Assembly: GCA_964016885.1 (NCBI GenBank)
Contig: CAXHJY010001405.1
Coordinates: 1 to 64,000 of the forward strand
Direction: 5' to 3'
DNA: 64,000 nucleotides
Origin: Eledone cirrhosa
Lineage: Eukaryota
The position numbers and the translations under genes are program-made. This document shows, one piece after another, positions 29,838 to 43,984 of the stretch (its first letter is position 1; the number at the start of each line of letters is the position of its first letter). The notes beneath the pieces are model-generated. The model saw only the letters and a list, made by a program, of their open reading frames with translations, searched no databases and was not told where the DNA came from.

Positions 29838-30232
29838 ATTTATATATATAATATATATATATATATATAATATATATATATATATAATATATATATATAA
29901 TATATATATATTATATATATATATAATATATATATAATATATAATATATATATATATAATATATATATATTATATAATATATATATAATATATATATATA
30001 TAATATATATATAATATATAATATATATATAATATATATATATATAATATATATATAATATATAATATATATATATATAATATATATATAATATATAATA
30101 TATAATATATATATAATATATAATATATATATAATATATATATATACATAATATATATATAATATATAATACATATATATATAATATATATATAATATAT
30201 AATATATATATATATAATATATATATAATATA

Positions 30233-31516
30233 CTAGCATTAAAGCCCGGCGTTGCTCGGGGTCATTAAGTTACCAAAGTTAGGTTGCAGCACTTTTTTGT
30301 CTGCCAGGCACTGGGTGAATGAATTGCAGACCTGGAAGCATGAGCTGCGCCAGCAGTGACAATTGTAGTTTCGCCTATGGATATTATCTCTGTGCAAAAA
30401 AGTGTTGAAATTTACTGTTTCACAGTACTTGCGCAACACGCGAGTAGACGATGCCAGCCGAACAACAGAGCTGCGATGGAGTTGTTCTGCATGGTTGTCT
30501 GTGTGTTTTCTAAATTTAAGACAGTAGGGAGGGTTGTGATATGAGGGAGAGTTAGCTGTTGTTTCTAGCAGGTTTAGTGACCTCATAGAGGATATGTGTT
30601 TTCTAAATTTAGGACAGTAGGGAGTGGTGTGATATGAGTCAGAGTTAGCTGCTGTTTCTAGCAGGTTTAGTGACCTCATAGAGGATATGTGTTTTCTAAA
30701 TTTAAGACAGTAGAGAGGGGTGTGATATGGGGGAGAGTTAGCTGCTGTTTCTAGCAGGTTTAGTTACCTCATAGAGGATATGTTTTCTAAATTTAAGACA
30801 GTAGGGAGGGGTATGATATGGGGGAGAGTTAGCTGCTGTTTCTAGCAGGTTTAGTAACCTCATAGAGGATATGTGTTTTCTAAATTTAAGACAGTAGGGA
30901 GTGGTGTGATATGAGGGAGAGTTAGCTGCTGTTTCTAGCAGGTTTAGTAACCTCATAGAGGATATGTGTTTTCTAAATTTAAGACAGTAGGGAGTGGTGT
31001 GATATGAGGGAGAGTTAGCTGCTGTTTCTAGCAGGTTTAGTGACCTCATAGAGGATATTATTGTTTATCATCTATATATATAAAACTGACTGCACGCGTA
31101 ACGAAATTTACAGATACATATATTTTAAATAAACTTATATAATTTTTGCTTTTTTTTACGAAATATTTGCTTGTTTTACGTAGTCTTTAAATAGACTTGT
31201 TTTCAAGTAAAAATTATTGTGTTAATGTCATTTTAAACGCTGAGAAAGCCAGCGTAATTTTTTTAATTTTTGCACGCAGACGCTCAATGTAAACAGAACA
31301 AAGGGAAATAACTGATCACTTACGCTCAAAAATCGATACATTATATTCGATTTCGTCAGATAGGGCGGGTCAATTTGAAATATTTTTTTTCCGATGTCTT
31401 CGCTAGGGCTCAATGTACAAGTATAGCAATTTCGGTGCAATTCCGTGAGAGATTCTAAGAGGAGATGTGTGCCAAAAATCGATAGACAGACAACCACAGT
31501 TTTATATATATATAGA
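30233..31516 (-). mobile_element. Non-autonomous Helitron (duplicate of 21876-23159)
   Basis: TC...hairpin-CTAG termini; offset 8357. Confidence 0.8.
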
Positions 31517-31630
31517 TAATATATATATAATAAATAATATATATATAATATATAATATATATAATATATATATAATATATATATAATATATAATATATAT
31601 ATAATATATATATAATATATATATAATATA

Positions 31631-32526
31631 CTAGCAGTAAAGCCCGGCGTTGCTCGGGGTCGCCCAGTAGCTGTGTTAAAGTTACAATGTTAAGTTTCTT
31701 TCTTGGCTTAAAAACTGTAGTGTCTACTGTGCAGACTTGCATGTGGTGTTTTTGATTAATATTCCCTCAACCAACAATATGCCTTATGAAGTTAAGAAAA
31801 CATAACGATAACCCGAATGTTATAACAAAAGAGGATGCTGGGGATAGAAACTGCACTGGTTATTTATTAACAAAGATCGAAAATGTAAACACTGCAACGC
31901 AGAGAAAAACATTAGCGTAACCAAATTATCAGTTATGTCTGTCTGCACGCCTATATCACCTCTCTGCACGACTGTCTGTCTGCACGCCTATATCACCTCT
32001 CTGCACGACTATCAGTCTGCACGCCTATATCACCTCTCTGCACGACTGTCTGTCTGCACGCCTATATCACCTCTCTGCACGACTGTGTCTGCACGCCTAA
32101 CGACGAAATATTTGCTTGTTTTACGTAGTCTTTAAATAGACTTGTTTTCAAGTAAAAATATTGTTTTAAAATGCTTTTAAATGGAAATGAAGCAAAACGG
32201 AAGCTTAGTGTTCGAACTGATGAATTTTGCAGGTCAATATTTTGCTGGCTCGACAACTGTTAAAGCCAGCGTAATTTTTTACGTAAGACGCTCAATGTAA
32301 ACAGAACAAAGGGAAATAACTGATAACTTACGCTCAAAAATCGATACATTATATTCGATTTCGTCACATAGGGTGGGTCAATTTGAAATATTTTTTTTCC
32401 GATGTCTTCGCTAGGGCTCAATGTACAAGTATAGCAATTTCGGTGCAATTCCGTGAGAGATTCTAAGAGGAGATGTGTGCCGAAAATCGATAGACAGACA
32501 GACAACCACAGTTTTATATATATAGA
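31631..32526 (-). mobile_element. Non-autonomous Helitron (duplicate of 23274-24169)
   Basis: TC...hairpin-CTAG termini; offset 8357. Confidence 0.8.
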
Positions 32527-32923
32527 TAATATATATATATAATATATAATATATATATAATATATATATATAATATATATATAATAATATATATATATAA
32601 TATATAATATATATATAATATATAATATATATATAATATATAATATATATATAATATATAATATATAATATAATATATAATATATATATAATATATAATA
32701 TAATATATAATATATAATATAATATATAATATATAATATATATATAATATATATATAATATAATATATAATATAATATATAATATATATATAATATATAT
32801 ATAATATAATATATAATATATATATAATATATATATAATATAATATATAATATATATATAATATATATATAATATATATATATATAATATATATATATAT
32901 AATATATATATATAATATATATA

Positions 32924-34482
32924 TAAAAGTAAGCCACTCTACTTGGCATTTGTCGACCTTGAGAAAGCCTTTGACAGAGTTCCACGTGCAGTAATCTGGT
33001 GGGCTCTTAGAAAACTAGGAGTAGATGAATGGCTTGTGAAAGCGGTACAAGCCATGTATAGGGGAGCAGTCAGCAAAGTTAGGATTGGCAATGAGTATAG
33101 CGAGGAATTTAGCGTACAGGTTGGGGTCCACCAGGGCTCTGTTCTTAGCCCTCTCCTGTTCATCATAGTCCTGCAGGCAATAACGGAGGAGTTTAAGACC
33201 GGATGCCCATGGGAACTCCTGTATGCTGATGACCTCGCACTCATAGCTGAATCTATGGTAGAACTAGAGAATAAATTCCAAACCTGGAAGCAGGGACTAG
33301 AGAGAAAGGGCCTCAAAGTCAACATGACAAAGACTAAGGTCCTTATAAGTAGACGAGAAAACAGAACCCAGATCCCCTCAGGGAAATGGCCTTGCTCAGT
33401 ATGTAGGAAAGGTGTAGGTAGGAACTCCATTCTCTGCCCCAAATGCAAACAATGGGTACACAAGAGATGTAGCGGGATCTCAGGAAGCTTAATTAAGAAT
33501 GTAGGATTCACATGCAGCAGCTGTGCTGAAACAGCAAGCAAACAGCCACAGGAAACAAGTACCACCAATCTCTGGGAGGGCCCTGTAGAAACAGTAGACA
33601 GCTTCTGCTACCTAGGTGACCGAATTAGCAACGGAGGTGGGTGCTCAGAAAGTACAATAACTAGGGTAAGAACGGGATGGAAGAAGTTTAGGGAACTACT
33701 ACCACTGCTAGCTGCAAAAGGCTTCTCCCTCAGAATGAAAGGCAGACTGTATGATGCGTGTATCCGAACAGCGATGTTGCATGGTAGTGAGACCTGGGCG
33801 CTGAAGGTGGAAGACTTACGTAGATTAGAGAGAAACGAAGCCTGCATGCTCCGATGGATGTGTAACAGTAATATACGTGAACGACAAAGCATAAATGAAT
33901 TGAGAGAGAGACTGAGCATAAGAGGAATCAAATGCTGCGTGCAGGAGAGGCGGTTACGCTGGTATGGACATGTGATGCGTATGAAGGATGACAGCTGCAT
34001 AAAAAGGTGCAGAGCACTAGAAGTTGATGGAAACCGCGGAGTGGGGAGACCCAAGATGACTTGGGATGAGGTGATAAAAGCCGACCTTACCCAACTACAC
34101 CTCTCAAAGTCAATGACACACGACCGTGACTTCTGGCGTCACGCAGTAATACAGGGTACCCGACCTCCCATGGGTACATGCTGAAGCATATAAACAATAT
34201 GCCCCCCCCCCCCCCACCGCAAGGTGGTCGTGGAGGTGCCACGGCAAAAAAGCACCCAGCCCACACTGTAAAGTGGACGTGTAGGTGCCACGAAAAAGCA
34301 CCCAGCACTCACTGTAAATGAGGTTGGTGTTAAGAAGGGCATCCAGCTGTAGAAATCAAGCCAGATCAGTTCCTGTATGAGCAAGGCATGGTCAGCCGAC
34401 CAGACACTGCCCACAACAGGACAACCCGTCTAACCCATGCTAGCGTGGAAGAACGGACGTAAAACGGTGATGATGATGATGA
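32924..34482 (+). mobile_element. RTE family B, 5'-truncated copy (long)
   Basis: ORF 32943..34184 with RT motifs; 3'UTR; (GAT)n tail. Confidence 0.95.
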
Positions 34483-34608
34483 ATATATAATATATAATAT
34501 ATATATATATATAATATATATATATATATAATATATAATATATATATATATAATATATATATATATATAATATATAATATATATAATATATATATATATA
34601 TAATATAT

Positions 34609-34667
<59 letters not shown>

Positions 34668-34697
34668 TAATATATAAATATATATATATATATATAT

Positions 34698-35026
34698 AGG
34701 CACATGGCTACGTGGTTGGAGCATTGGCTTTGCAATTGAAAGGTTGTGAGTTCAATTCTCAGACCGGGTGATGTGTTGTTTCCTGGAACAAGACTCTTTA
34801 TTTCACATTGCTCCAGTTTACTCAGCTATAGAAATGAGATGCTAGGGACTGGGGTCCCTATCATTCCACTGCAAAGGTTGTGGAAGTGCCACGGCAAAAA
34901 AGCACCCAGCCCACACTGTAAATGAGGTTCGTGTTAGGAAGGGCATCCAGCTGTGGAAATCAAGCCAGAATCAGTTCCCGTCCCACCCTTGCAAGCAGGG
35001 AAAAGCAGACGTAAAATGATGATGAT
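34698..35026 (+). mobile_element. tRNA-derived SINE (family 2) with an RTE-B-derived 3' tail
   Basis: A-box-like TGGCTACGTGG and B-box GAGTTCAATTC; 3' part (gtgccacggcaaaaaagcacccagcccacactgtaaa...ggaagggcatccagctg...gacgtaaaatgatgatgat) matches the RTE-B 3'UTR. Confidence 0.82.
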
Positions 35027-36846
35027 ATATATTTGGGCGAGAGGGGGGGGGGGGGGGGGGTCAAGTTTATATCTGTTGGATGCCCTTCATTAACCACTTC
35101 ACATATGTCATAAATCCCTGGATGTGAACCTGGAAAGTTCTTATCTATGGTGCAGGTCTTAGAAAGGGTTTTTTGCTTCTTTTTGTGGAAGATCAGCAGT
35201 CAACAATGTATGTAAGTATCTCCTCACCACACCAAACCATGGATGTTGTCCAAGCGAAATGCAAGGGCCAATACATTTTGGCACCAATGGCATTACAGGC
35301 AAACTCAAAATGCAAAGGGATGAAAGAAATATTGCAGGACATCATATCCAATATTCTAACAATACCACCAACCTACCACCTTTGACTACTTGGTATAATA
35401 TCGACACTGAAAAGATGAAAGGCTATATTTACCTCACCCGTATTTGAACTTAAAAAGATAGCTAGAACAATTAGCACAAGACAGGTCTCTGATAAAAATA
35501 AAGAACCCCCTACCCTACATTGCCTATGTTCATTTGTTCTTTTACAAGTCTCAATCATTGGACTGAGTTTGTACTGCAACTCCATCTTTTAAGATTTAGT
35601 AAATCATATCAAACCACAATAGAGAGAGTAGCTTGGAGATGAGGGAGTTACTCCAGGTAGAGCCACTATGGGCATGTGGTTACAATGTCTCAGAAAAGAA
35701 TCGGACAGATTTTACAGGCAAAACCAATCGGCAGGAGACCTAGGGGTAGATCCCAAGCAAGATGGATGGATAACATCCATGAGCTTGGTTGGTCACGCTT
35801 GGGGATCCAGTAGGATCAGTTGGAGACGGTTGCTTCTGACAGGACCCGCTCCCACGACCTTCTCAGGAATAAGTGAGCAGAGAAGAAGATATCAAACCAA
35901 ATACTTTTCAGTATGTTACATGTTACCACAGCTAGACATTTCTTTTTAAATACAACACCAGTTTTTACACCAATAAATATATATTATCACCAATTAAACT
36001 CTCATACACCTACATGTAGATATATTCACATGTCTATATGCATGCACAAAATCAACCCACACACACATCTAAACTATAATAAAGTAAGGATTGCGGGACT
36101 GCGTACGGTTTATAATTTTTTATCCCATTAGTAAAAATAAGTCGGATTACTTTGAATAAATAATGAATATTACATAATTTATCTACTAAATTTCGTAGCT
36201 GTTGATTAAATATATTTTCTTGTTTATTTAAAGATTCACTTCTTCAAAATTTTCAAATGTCAACACTTCCGGTTAGCGATTGCTTAAATAAACATTCATA
36301 TATTTCCGTCACTAATTTTCTCCTAATACAGTTTATATGTAATATCGTGTTTTTTTAATGTATCATGGATTACGTACTGATTACATAAGACAGTCTTCGT
36401 TCAACTTCTGTAGATATAGTCAATTACAATTTTATTTGATGTATCATATCTACATGCATATATACTTGCGTATAATATCAATATGCACACTACACAGGCT
36501 AGTAGAAAAACCTCCTGAATGGTGGTTTTTCTGCTCGTTGTTATAAATATACATCAACTTTTAACATCCATTTTCCATGCTTGTATGGTTTAGATGTATC
36601 GCCCACGTCATGAGACAAGTCTGGCCAGTTGGCCACGCAGTACTTTGCTCAGACTGAACTGTAATTTGGCTGCGACTTTTACAGCTGGATGCCCTTCCTA
36701 ACACCATCCACATTTCCATTTATATATTGCAAAACAGGCCTTAAATGGCTGACTGAATATGTACACATGTTTTTGTCTTATTTTTTTCCAGTTCCTTCCT
36801 CTTCTCACTCTTTATCGTTCTATTTTATCTTTTATTTCAAATTCTA

Positions 36847-36882
36847 TCTTCTGATGAAGGACTAATGTCCAAAACGTTAAGA
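36847..36882 (+). ncRNA. Degenerate minimal hammerhead relic (Penelope-type)
   Basis: tctt-CTGATGA-a-ggac taat gtcc-aAAAC-GTT-aaga; GAAA has become AAAA, consistent with CpG decay. Confidence 0.5.
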
Positions 36883-36964
36883 CTGTTTTCCTGTTTTTTC
36901 AAGCATTAAACAAATATATTTCTTTAATGTACTGTGTCGTTTGCTTTGTTATTTGTTTACTTTT

Positions 36965-37255
36965 TACACACAATATATATATAGAGAGAGAAATATAGAG
37001 ATATAGTTTGTGTATGTGTATATATAAACACACACATATATATATAGAGAGAAATATAGATAGAGATATAGTTTGTGTATGTGTATATATATATAAACAC
37101 ACACACACACATATATATAGAGAGAGAGAAATATCGATAGAGATATAGTTTGTGTATGTGTATATATAAACACACACAAATATATATAGAGAGAGAAATA
37201 TAGATAGAGATATAGTTTGTGTATGTGTATATATATAAACACGCACACACAATAT
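36965..37255. repeat. Compound ~65-bp minisatellite of CA/TA/GA runs, about 4 copies
   Basis: gagatatagtttgtgtatgtgtatatataaacacac recurs four times. Confidence 0.8.
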
Positions 37256-38150
37256 ATATTGTTTGGCTAAATCTCAGCCAAACCCTACTAAGTTTGGATA
37301 AAGGCCAAAAGAACATCAACAACAGCAGCAACAACACTAGCCAGAGTGTACAGAGAAAGAACATTGACATGCAAAGTTCTCCATCTGAAAAGTCTAGACA
37401 TCTAAGAATTATTTTGAAGACTTACAATTCACTAAAAGCAATCAGAAATAGATCTCATTAAACTAGCAGCCCTCCTCCTGTGTGGTGATGGTGGGGGCAG
37501 TGATGGTGATAGTAGTGATGATGTTGATGGAGATGAGGGGTGATGGTTGTGATGATGTTGATGGGGGTAATAATGATGATGATGATAGTAGTAACAGTAA
37601 TAGTGATGATGTTGGAGATGAGGGTGATGGTAGTGATGATGGTGATGTTAGTGGCGGTGGTGGTGGGGGTAATGATGATGATGATAGTAATGGGAGTGAG
37701 GATGATGTTGATAGGGGTGATGGTTGTGATAGAGGTGGTGATGGTGGTGATGCTGGTGGTGGTGGTGCTGCTGGTAGGGAGAAGAAAGGAAGTAGGTTGG
37801 AGTGGTGTTTAATTAAAACTCACAAGTGGCTTTGACTGTCACAGCAAGACATGAGGAGTTTGGTAATACTACATGAGAGGGAGGGGGGAATGGAAGTGAG
37901 CAAGAGAATGAAAAGAATGAGAGATAGATAGATAGAGAGAGAGAATAAAAGAGAGAGGGAGAGAATGAGGGCAATAGTCCAACAGAGAGATATACACACA
38001 CACATATACATACATATATGGTACATACAAGTGAAGCTTCCACACAGTTTCTGGCTACCAAATTCTATTTACAAGTTATTGGCCAACCTGAAGATACCAT
38101 AGACCTCACTCAAGATACCTTTCATCCTTTAGGAGTTGATGAAATAATGT

Positions 38151-38361
38151 ATTCTTACTTAGGCTTGAGGCCAGCAATTTTGGGGGATGAGGAAAGTCAA
38201 TTAAATCAACACCAGTGCCTGACTGGCACTTTATTTTATTGAACTCGTAAGGGTGAAAGGCAACGCTAACCTCAGTGGGATTTGAACTCAGAAAGTAAAG
38301 GGCCGTAACTATGCCATGAAGCATGTTGCCCGACACTCTACTAATACTGCCAATCCACCCT
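38151..38361 (-). mobile_element. tRNA-derived SINE (family 1), diverged
   Basis: Aligns by eye to 4637-4826 (ggccagcaa...ggatttgaactcaga...atactgccaatccacc). Confidence 0.72.
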
Positions 38362-38619
38362 ATCAAAGATGTTAAACTGGTGAAAATGTTTAACAAGACC
38401 CACCCAACCCTGTCATATCTGTTCCAGCTCTTTCTTTACTGAGATGAAATCTCCCTGTGGCCTACTAGAGTTGTAGACATAACCTGTCACCTGAATTATC
38501 AGGGCCCAAGTTGTCAAGCTCCTTACAGTGGACCCTGGAAACTGACCTCTGATCTTGATCAGGTGAACAACAACAACCTGAGACAACAACAGTCTCATAT
38601 GTATCTCAAGTCTGTCTTA

Positions 38620-38868
38620 AGGCCAGTGCTTATCCCGGTTTCATGGCATGAAGCAACTGAGAGTACAAGACTCCCCCTGGACAAGATGCCAATCCATCGC
38701 AGGGTTAAACTCCCAGCTATTGCTGGTATTCATTTAGAGCTGTGTATACTGGAGCAATGTGAAATGAAATGTTTTGCTCAAGTACACAACACACAACCCA
38801 GCCCAGGATCGAACCCACAACATTATGGTCCCAAGTCCAACACCCTTATCACTAGGTCATGCCTCCAC
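38620..38868 (-). mobile_element. tRNA-derived SINE (family 3)
   Basis: Minus strand B-box GGTTCGATCC, body ttgagcaaaacatttcatttcacattgctccag, tail aaccctgcgatggattggcatcttgtccaggggg; second copy at about 43985-44227. Confidence 0.72.
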
Positions 38869-39499
38869 AATCATATGTAGAGAAGAAGAAAACCTGATTT
38901 AACACCACCACCTGGATTTTGGGTAGCTTTAACAATTCACACCTTTGTGCAAGCATTCAGGCCCGGTCCCTAAATCGAGGATGCTTTCCTACTTCTCTCC
39001 TATCTGTCTTTAAGGCCCCAGAAAAGTACCATGAGCATTTCTCTCTCTCTGCCTAAAGAGTAAAAAACATTCTTTAAAATCTCATATTGTTTTAATATCT
39101 GTTTGTTAATATTGTCTTGGATTTATTTATAACACTTTCAAATATACAGTTAATGTGGTGTAGTAAATATATACACATATACCAGGTCCAAACACAATGG
39201 AACCAAACTCCCACTGCCTCTCCCGCTCTCCCCATCTCTCAGTATTCTGAGCAAAAGGGGGCCCATACACTGGCCACCCTGCTGCCCCAGAGGACAGAAT
39301 AAAGAATGCATTTCCCTGAAGAATGTTAAGGTAGATGTGCTGGAAGAGTCATTCCAGCTTGCGGGTAACCATGATTGTGGAAAAGTGAGACAGTGTGTTT
39401 TATACACAAGTAAATGAAACAAGTCAAAAGAAAATATATAACAAAGAATAAAATAAAAAATTTGTCTTTAAATTTCTGAGATGAGAAATTATTGTTATT

Positions 39500-39790
39500 A
39501 TTCAGAAACATTTTCTCACACTCAGAGTTGCTGAAGCATGGAACAAACTACCTGCATCAGTTGCTAGCTGTTGGGACACTGCATCCTTCAAAATTTCCAT
39601 GCTTCCTGAAATTCACCAACACTATACCTGATATTCCCCCTACACACACACATGCATGTATCTGTGTGTATATCATGATGCATATACTGTTCACTTTCTT
39701 GACATTTGTACATTATTATATGTACTATACATGCACCTTTGATGAGTTGTAGTGCACCTGAGAACTGTACACAATTTCCATTATTATTAT
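39500..39790 (+). mobile_element. Old CR1-like 3'-end fragment
   Basis: ctcagagttgctgaagcatggaacaaactacct encodes LRVAEAWNKLP, typical of a CR1 ORF2 C-terminus; related copy at about 42720-42955. Confidence 0.6.
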
Positions 39791-40128
39791 CATCATCATC
39801 ATTTCATTTTACGTCCGCTTTTTCCCTGCTTGCAAGGGTGGGACGGGAACTGATTCTGGCTTGATTTCTACAGCTGGATGCCCTTCCTAACACCAACCTC
39901 ATTTACAGTGAGTGCTGGGTGTTTTTTTGCCGTGGCACCTCCACGCCCACTTTGCAGTGGAATGATAGGGACCCAGTCCTATCATCTCATTTCTACAGCT
40001 GAGTAAACTGGAGCAATGTGAGATGAAGTGTCTTACCCAAGGAAACAACACATCACCCGGTCTGAGAATTGAACTTACAACCTTTCGATTGCAAGGCCAA
40101 TGCTCTAACCACTAAGCCATGTGCCTCC
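39790..40128 (-). mobile_element. tRNA-derived SINE (family 2) with RTE-B tail
   Basis: Reverse-complement homologue of 34698-35026. Confidence 0.82.
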
Positions 40129-40624
40129 ATATTATATAAAATTTTATTAACAAAACTAACAAAAATATATTACTTTCATTATTATTATTATTTTCATTAT
40201 TAAAATCTGATTTATTCAAACTAGTGTCCTTATGTTTGTTATAGTTACAACAAATTAGCTGTCTTACCCACCAGCTTTCTTTAGAGGCCTGTCATATTCA
40301 AATGGTTTAGTATTTCTAGATAGACTTTAGTTATATAATCTAGTTTAAATGGCATAAGCAGGCAACATCACAAATAAATTATAACTAATACAAGGATATC
40401 CTGAGCATAGACAACAGAATGAGAGCAAGCTAGCCCTCTAGTTTAAATAAAAGGTTCAGTTGAAATTCTTAGAACAATACCAAATACACTAGGAAACTCA
40501 AAATGGCTAGAGTGTATAACAGCTGAAATATGGTAATTATAACAACCATAAAATGAGAACAGATCTGAATAAATGAAGATATAATAAGAAATAGACACCA
40601 AGATAAAGAAATTTGAAGACTTAC

Positions 40625-41154
40625 CTTTATCACTGCAACATGTAATGGAGTTTCTCCTTTGGCATTTTTCTTCATAATGGCAGGGGATCTAGGTTTTTTA
40701 CCTGAAGATGATTTTCCCTTAGAATCTGGAGATGCCAAGTTCACAAGAGCTGGAGCAGATCTCTTTCTGCTTTTATTTGAGAACCTTGAGAATCTACATC
40801 TCAAAGATGAATTGGATGTGTTAAGTAAGTCTGTGTGTTTTGAGTTGGATTTTGATTTACTCACTGCTTTATTTGTAAAAAGTCTTGTCTTAGCAACTTT
40901 CAAAACATTGTCTTTTTTCAAACATCTCTGTTTTTTGGGTGGCAAATTCTCTGAAGTTTGGTCAAAAATAGCTTTCTGGGATTGCTTTTCTTGTTCATAT
41001 GCGAACAGACTAAGAGAACGATCAGAGGCACTGGACTTTAAGGTGATTGGTTTCACTGCTTCACTTAAGTTATTGGTACTTCCAGATGACAACGTATAAC
41101 TGGTATCTTCTTTACACTTACTACCATCATCACCATCTTTACTATCATCATCAC
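40625..41154 (-). CDS. BARD1: Internal coding exon of a host ankyrin-repeat gene, BARD1-like (Ser/Lys-rich linker ending KKNAKGETPLHVAVIK)
   Basis: Open frame bounded by the acceptor tctttgtgttatttAG (41156-41155) and a perfect donor AAG|GTAAGT (40624-40619); phase 1 to phase 0. As I recall, BARD1's large exon 4 has the same phases and ends ...GETLLHIASIK. Other ankyrin proteins (ANKRD11/12/31, SLF1) are not excluded. Confidence 0.6.
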
Positions 41155-41211
41155 CTAAATAACACAAAGAATTTCATGTCAAAAAAATATTTTCTTACAT
41201 TGGCAAATACA

Positions 41212-41400
41212 CACACAAGCTGACAGACAGTCACTGGACACAAGCTGACAGACAGTCACTGGACACAAGCTGACAGACAGTCACTGGACAACCTCACAGA
41301 CAAAGACTGGACACAACCTCACAGACAGTCACTGGACACAACCTCACAGTCACTGGACAAGCTCACAAACAAAGCTGGACTCAAAGAGACAGTCACTGTA
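41212..41400. repeat. 25-bp minisatellite, degenerating
   Basis: acacaagctgacagacagtcactgg x3 followed by diverged copies. Confidence 0.8.
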
Positions 41401-42570
41401 CTAACAAGACTCAGACTAGTAGAGTGAGATAGAAAGCTCCCCATGATAAAATCAGCCTACTTCAGTATCCACTGGTATTCCCTACCTTCTTATATGGGTG
41501 CAAGATATGAACTATCATGGCAAAGATACAGAGACAAATATAGTGGGAATGTTATTCTACTGCAACATCTAAGGTATCTCATATCTCGACTGTATCACAA
41601 ATGACCAGGTCCACAATATCAGCTAGCATCACATTGGTCCCTATAAAGACCTTGCATCATATATAGACTGTACCACAAATAAACAGGGCCACCATACCAT
41701 CTAGCATCACAAAGACCCCTATGAATAAATGGGTGAAGGAGGAAAAGGAGAAGAAAGAGATGGAGGAAGAGGATGGCGATGATGGTGAGAAGACGATATA
41801 TGACATCTGAGAAACCAAATCAACAAGGAAGCTTTCACATAATTACTCTGCTAGAAATTGCAGCCAAACCCCCCTCAAATACTAACCTATGTCTTAAAAA
41901 TGTATCTGAGTATGTGTATGTATAATGCATGGTCGGTGTGTGTATGTGTGAATAAGTTCATGAGACTATCACTGTGTGTATATGTGAATAGATATATGAA
42001 AGTGTATATGTGAATGTGTGTGAATGTGCGAAGCAATATGTATGTACAAGAGTATATGTGTATGTGTGTGTATATGAGAATCAATGCATAGGTTTGTGTG
42101 AGTGTGTGTGAATAGGTGCATGGAAGTGTATATATGAAATGTGTGTCAATAGACAGACATGTGAGAAAGTATGAATTTGTACAAGGATTTACAAATGTGT
42201 CTATGTATGTAGGCCAGTGTGTAAATGCACTATTATATATGTATATGCCTCTGCATATAAGTGTTAATGCATGTGAACATGTATATTTTTATATGAATGT
42301 GTTTGTGCGTATATATGAGTGTGCATACATGTCTAATTAGTGTGTACATGTACATAAATGTGTGTGTGTAAATACATGACTGCATGTATGTATGTGTTAG
42401 TGTGTGCATGTATGTATGTGTTAGAGTATGTATACACCTTAATGCATGTATGTGTGTAAGATAATCAGCTTATCCTCAAATGGGATTAGAGATTTTAACT
42501 CCATTTAAATCCCCAACTAGTGGGAGGTAAAAAAAAAAAAAGATTTAAATCCAATAATAATAATAATAAT

Positions 42571-42720
42571 GATTTCTACTTTAGGCACAAGGCCAGCAAT
42601 TTGACGGAAGGAAAAAGTTGATTAAATCGACTCCAGTGCATTACTGGTGCTTTACTTTATCAACCCCGTAAGGATGAAAGGGAAAGCTAACCTTGCTGGG
42701 ATTTGAACTGAGAATGTAAA
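42571..42720 (-). mobile_element. tRNA-derived SINE (family 1), partial
   Basis: tttctactttaggcacaaggccagcaa...ccccgtaaggatgaaagg...gggatttgaact matches 4640-4750. Confidence 0.72.
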
Positions 42721-43122
42721 ACATTTTTTCATGCTCAGAGTTTCTGAAGCATAGAACAAACTACCTGCATCATTTGTTAGATGTCAGGACACTGCTTCCT
42801 TCAAAACTTCCTGGAATTCGCCAAACTACACCTGATATCCCCCCTTCATACACACACATGTACTCATACACTGTTCACTGTTTCCTACCATTCGTACATT
42901 ATTCTATGTACCATACATTCACTTGAGCACTGTACACAATCATTTTCATTACTATTCAATTAATATAAACCCTACACAGTACCCCTCACAATTTCCAATC
43001 AATGTATAAAGAACCACCAGTTTTAAATGTAAAGTAAATGGATCTCCTTTGCTTCCAAACATGAACGTTCCAATAGTTCAATCAACAGAAAGGCTTATTC
43101 ATTAGATTAACATATGGCTAAT

Positions 43123-43980
43123 TATCCCAGTCATGTATACCCTCAACATGTAAGTAGCTGGTTATCCCAGTCATGTATACCCTCAACATGTAGGTAGTTG
43201 GTTATCCCAGTCATGTATACCCTCAACATGTAAGTAGCTGGTTATCCCAGTCATGTATACCCTCAACATGTAGGTAGCTGGTTATCCCAGTCATGTATAC
43301 CCTCAACATGTAAGTAGCTGGTTATCCCAGTCATGTATACCCTCAACATGTAGGTAGCTGGTTATCCCAGTCATGTATACCCTCAACATGTAGGTAGCTG
43401 GTTATCCCAGTCATGTATACCCTCAACATGTAGGTAGCTGGTTATCCCAGTCATGTATACCCTCAACATGTAGGTAGCTGGTTATCCCAGTCATGTATAC
43501 CCTCAACATGTAAGTAGCTGGTTATCCCAGTCATGTATACCCTCAACATGTAGGTAGCTGGTTATCCCAGTCATGTATACCCTCAACATGTAGGTAGCTG
43601 GTTATCCCAGTCATGTATACCCTCAACATGTAGGTAGCTGGTTATCCCAGTCATGTATACCCTCAACATGTAGGTAGCTGGTTATCCCAGTCATGTATAC
43701 CCTCAACATATAGGTAGCTGGTTATCCCAGTCATGTATACCCTCAACATGTAGGTAGCTGGTTATCCCAGTCATGTATATCCCTCAACATGTAGGTAGCT
43801 GGTTATCCCAGTCATGTATACCCTCAACATGTAAGTAGCTGTTATCCAGTCATGTATACCCTCAACATGTAGGTAGCTGGTTATCCAGTCATGTATACCC
43901 TCAACATGTAGGTAGCTGGTTATCCCAGTCATGTATACCCTCAACATGTAGGTAGCTGGTTATCCCAGTCATGTATACCC
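43123..43980. repeat. 40-bp minisatellite, about 21 copies
   Basis: Unit gttatcccagtcatgtataccctcaacatgta(g/a)gtagctg. Confidence 0.95.
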
Positions 43981-43984
43981 GTAT

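Noticed and set aside
37482-37835. Asp/Gly-rich and Met/Val-rich ORFs
   Set aside because: Degenerate (GAT/GGT)n low-complexity repeat with no splice or domain evidence.
38413-38460. cag|GDFISVKKELEQ, resembling the next ankyrin exon
   Set aside because: In-frame TGA after 13 codons, no donor site or GWTPL motif, and a weak polypyrimidine tract.
43123-43980. CRISPR-like array
   Set aside because: The 40-bp units are contiguous with no unique spacers; eukaryotic context and no cas genes.
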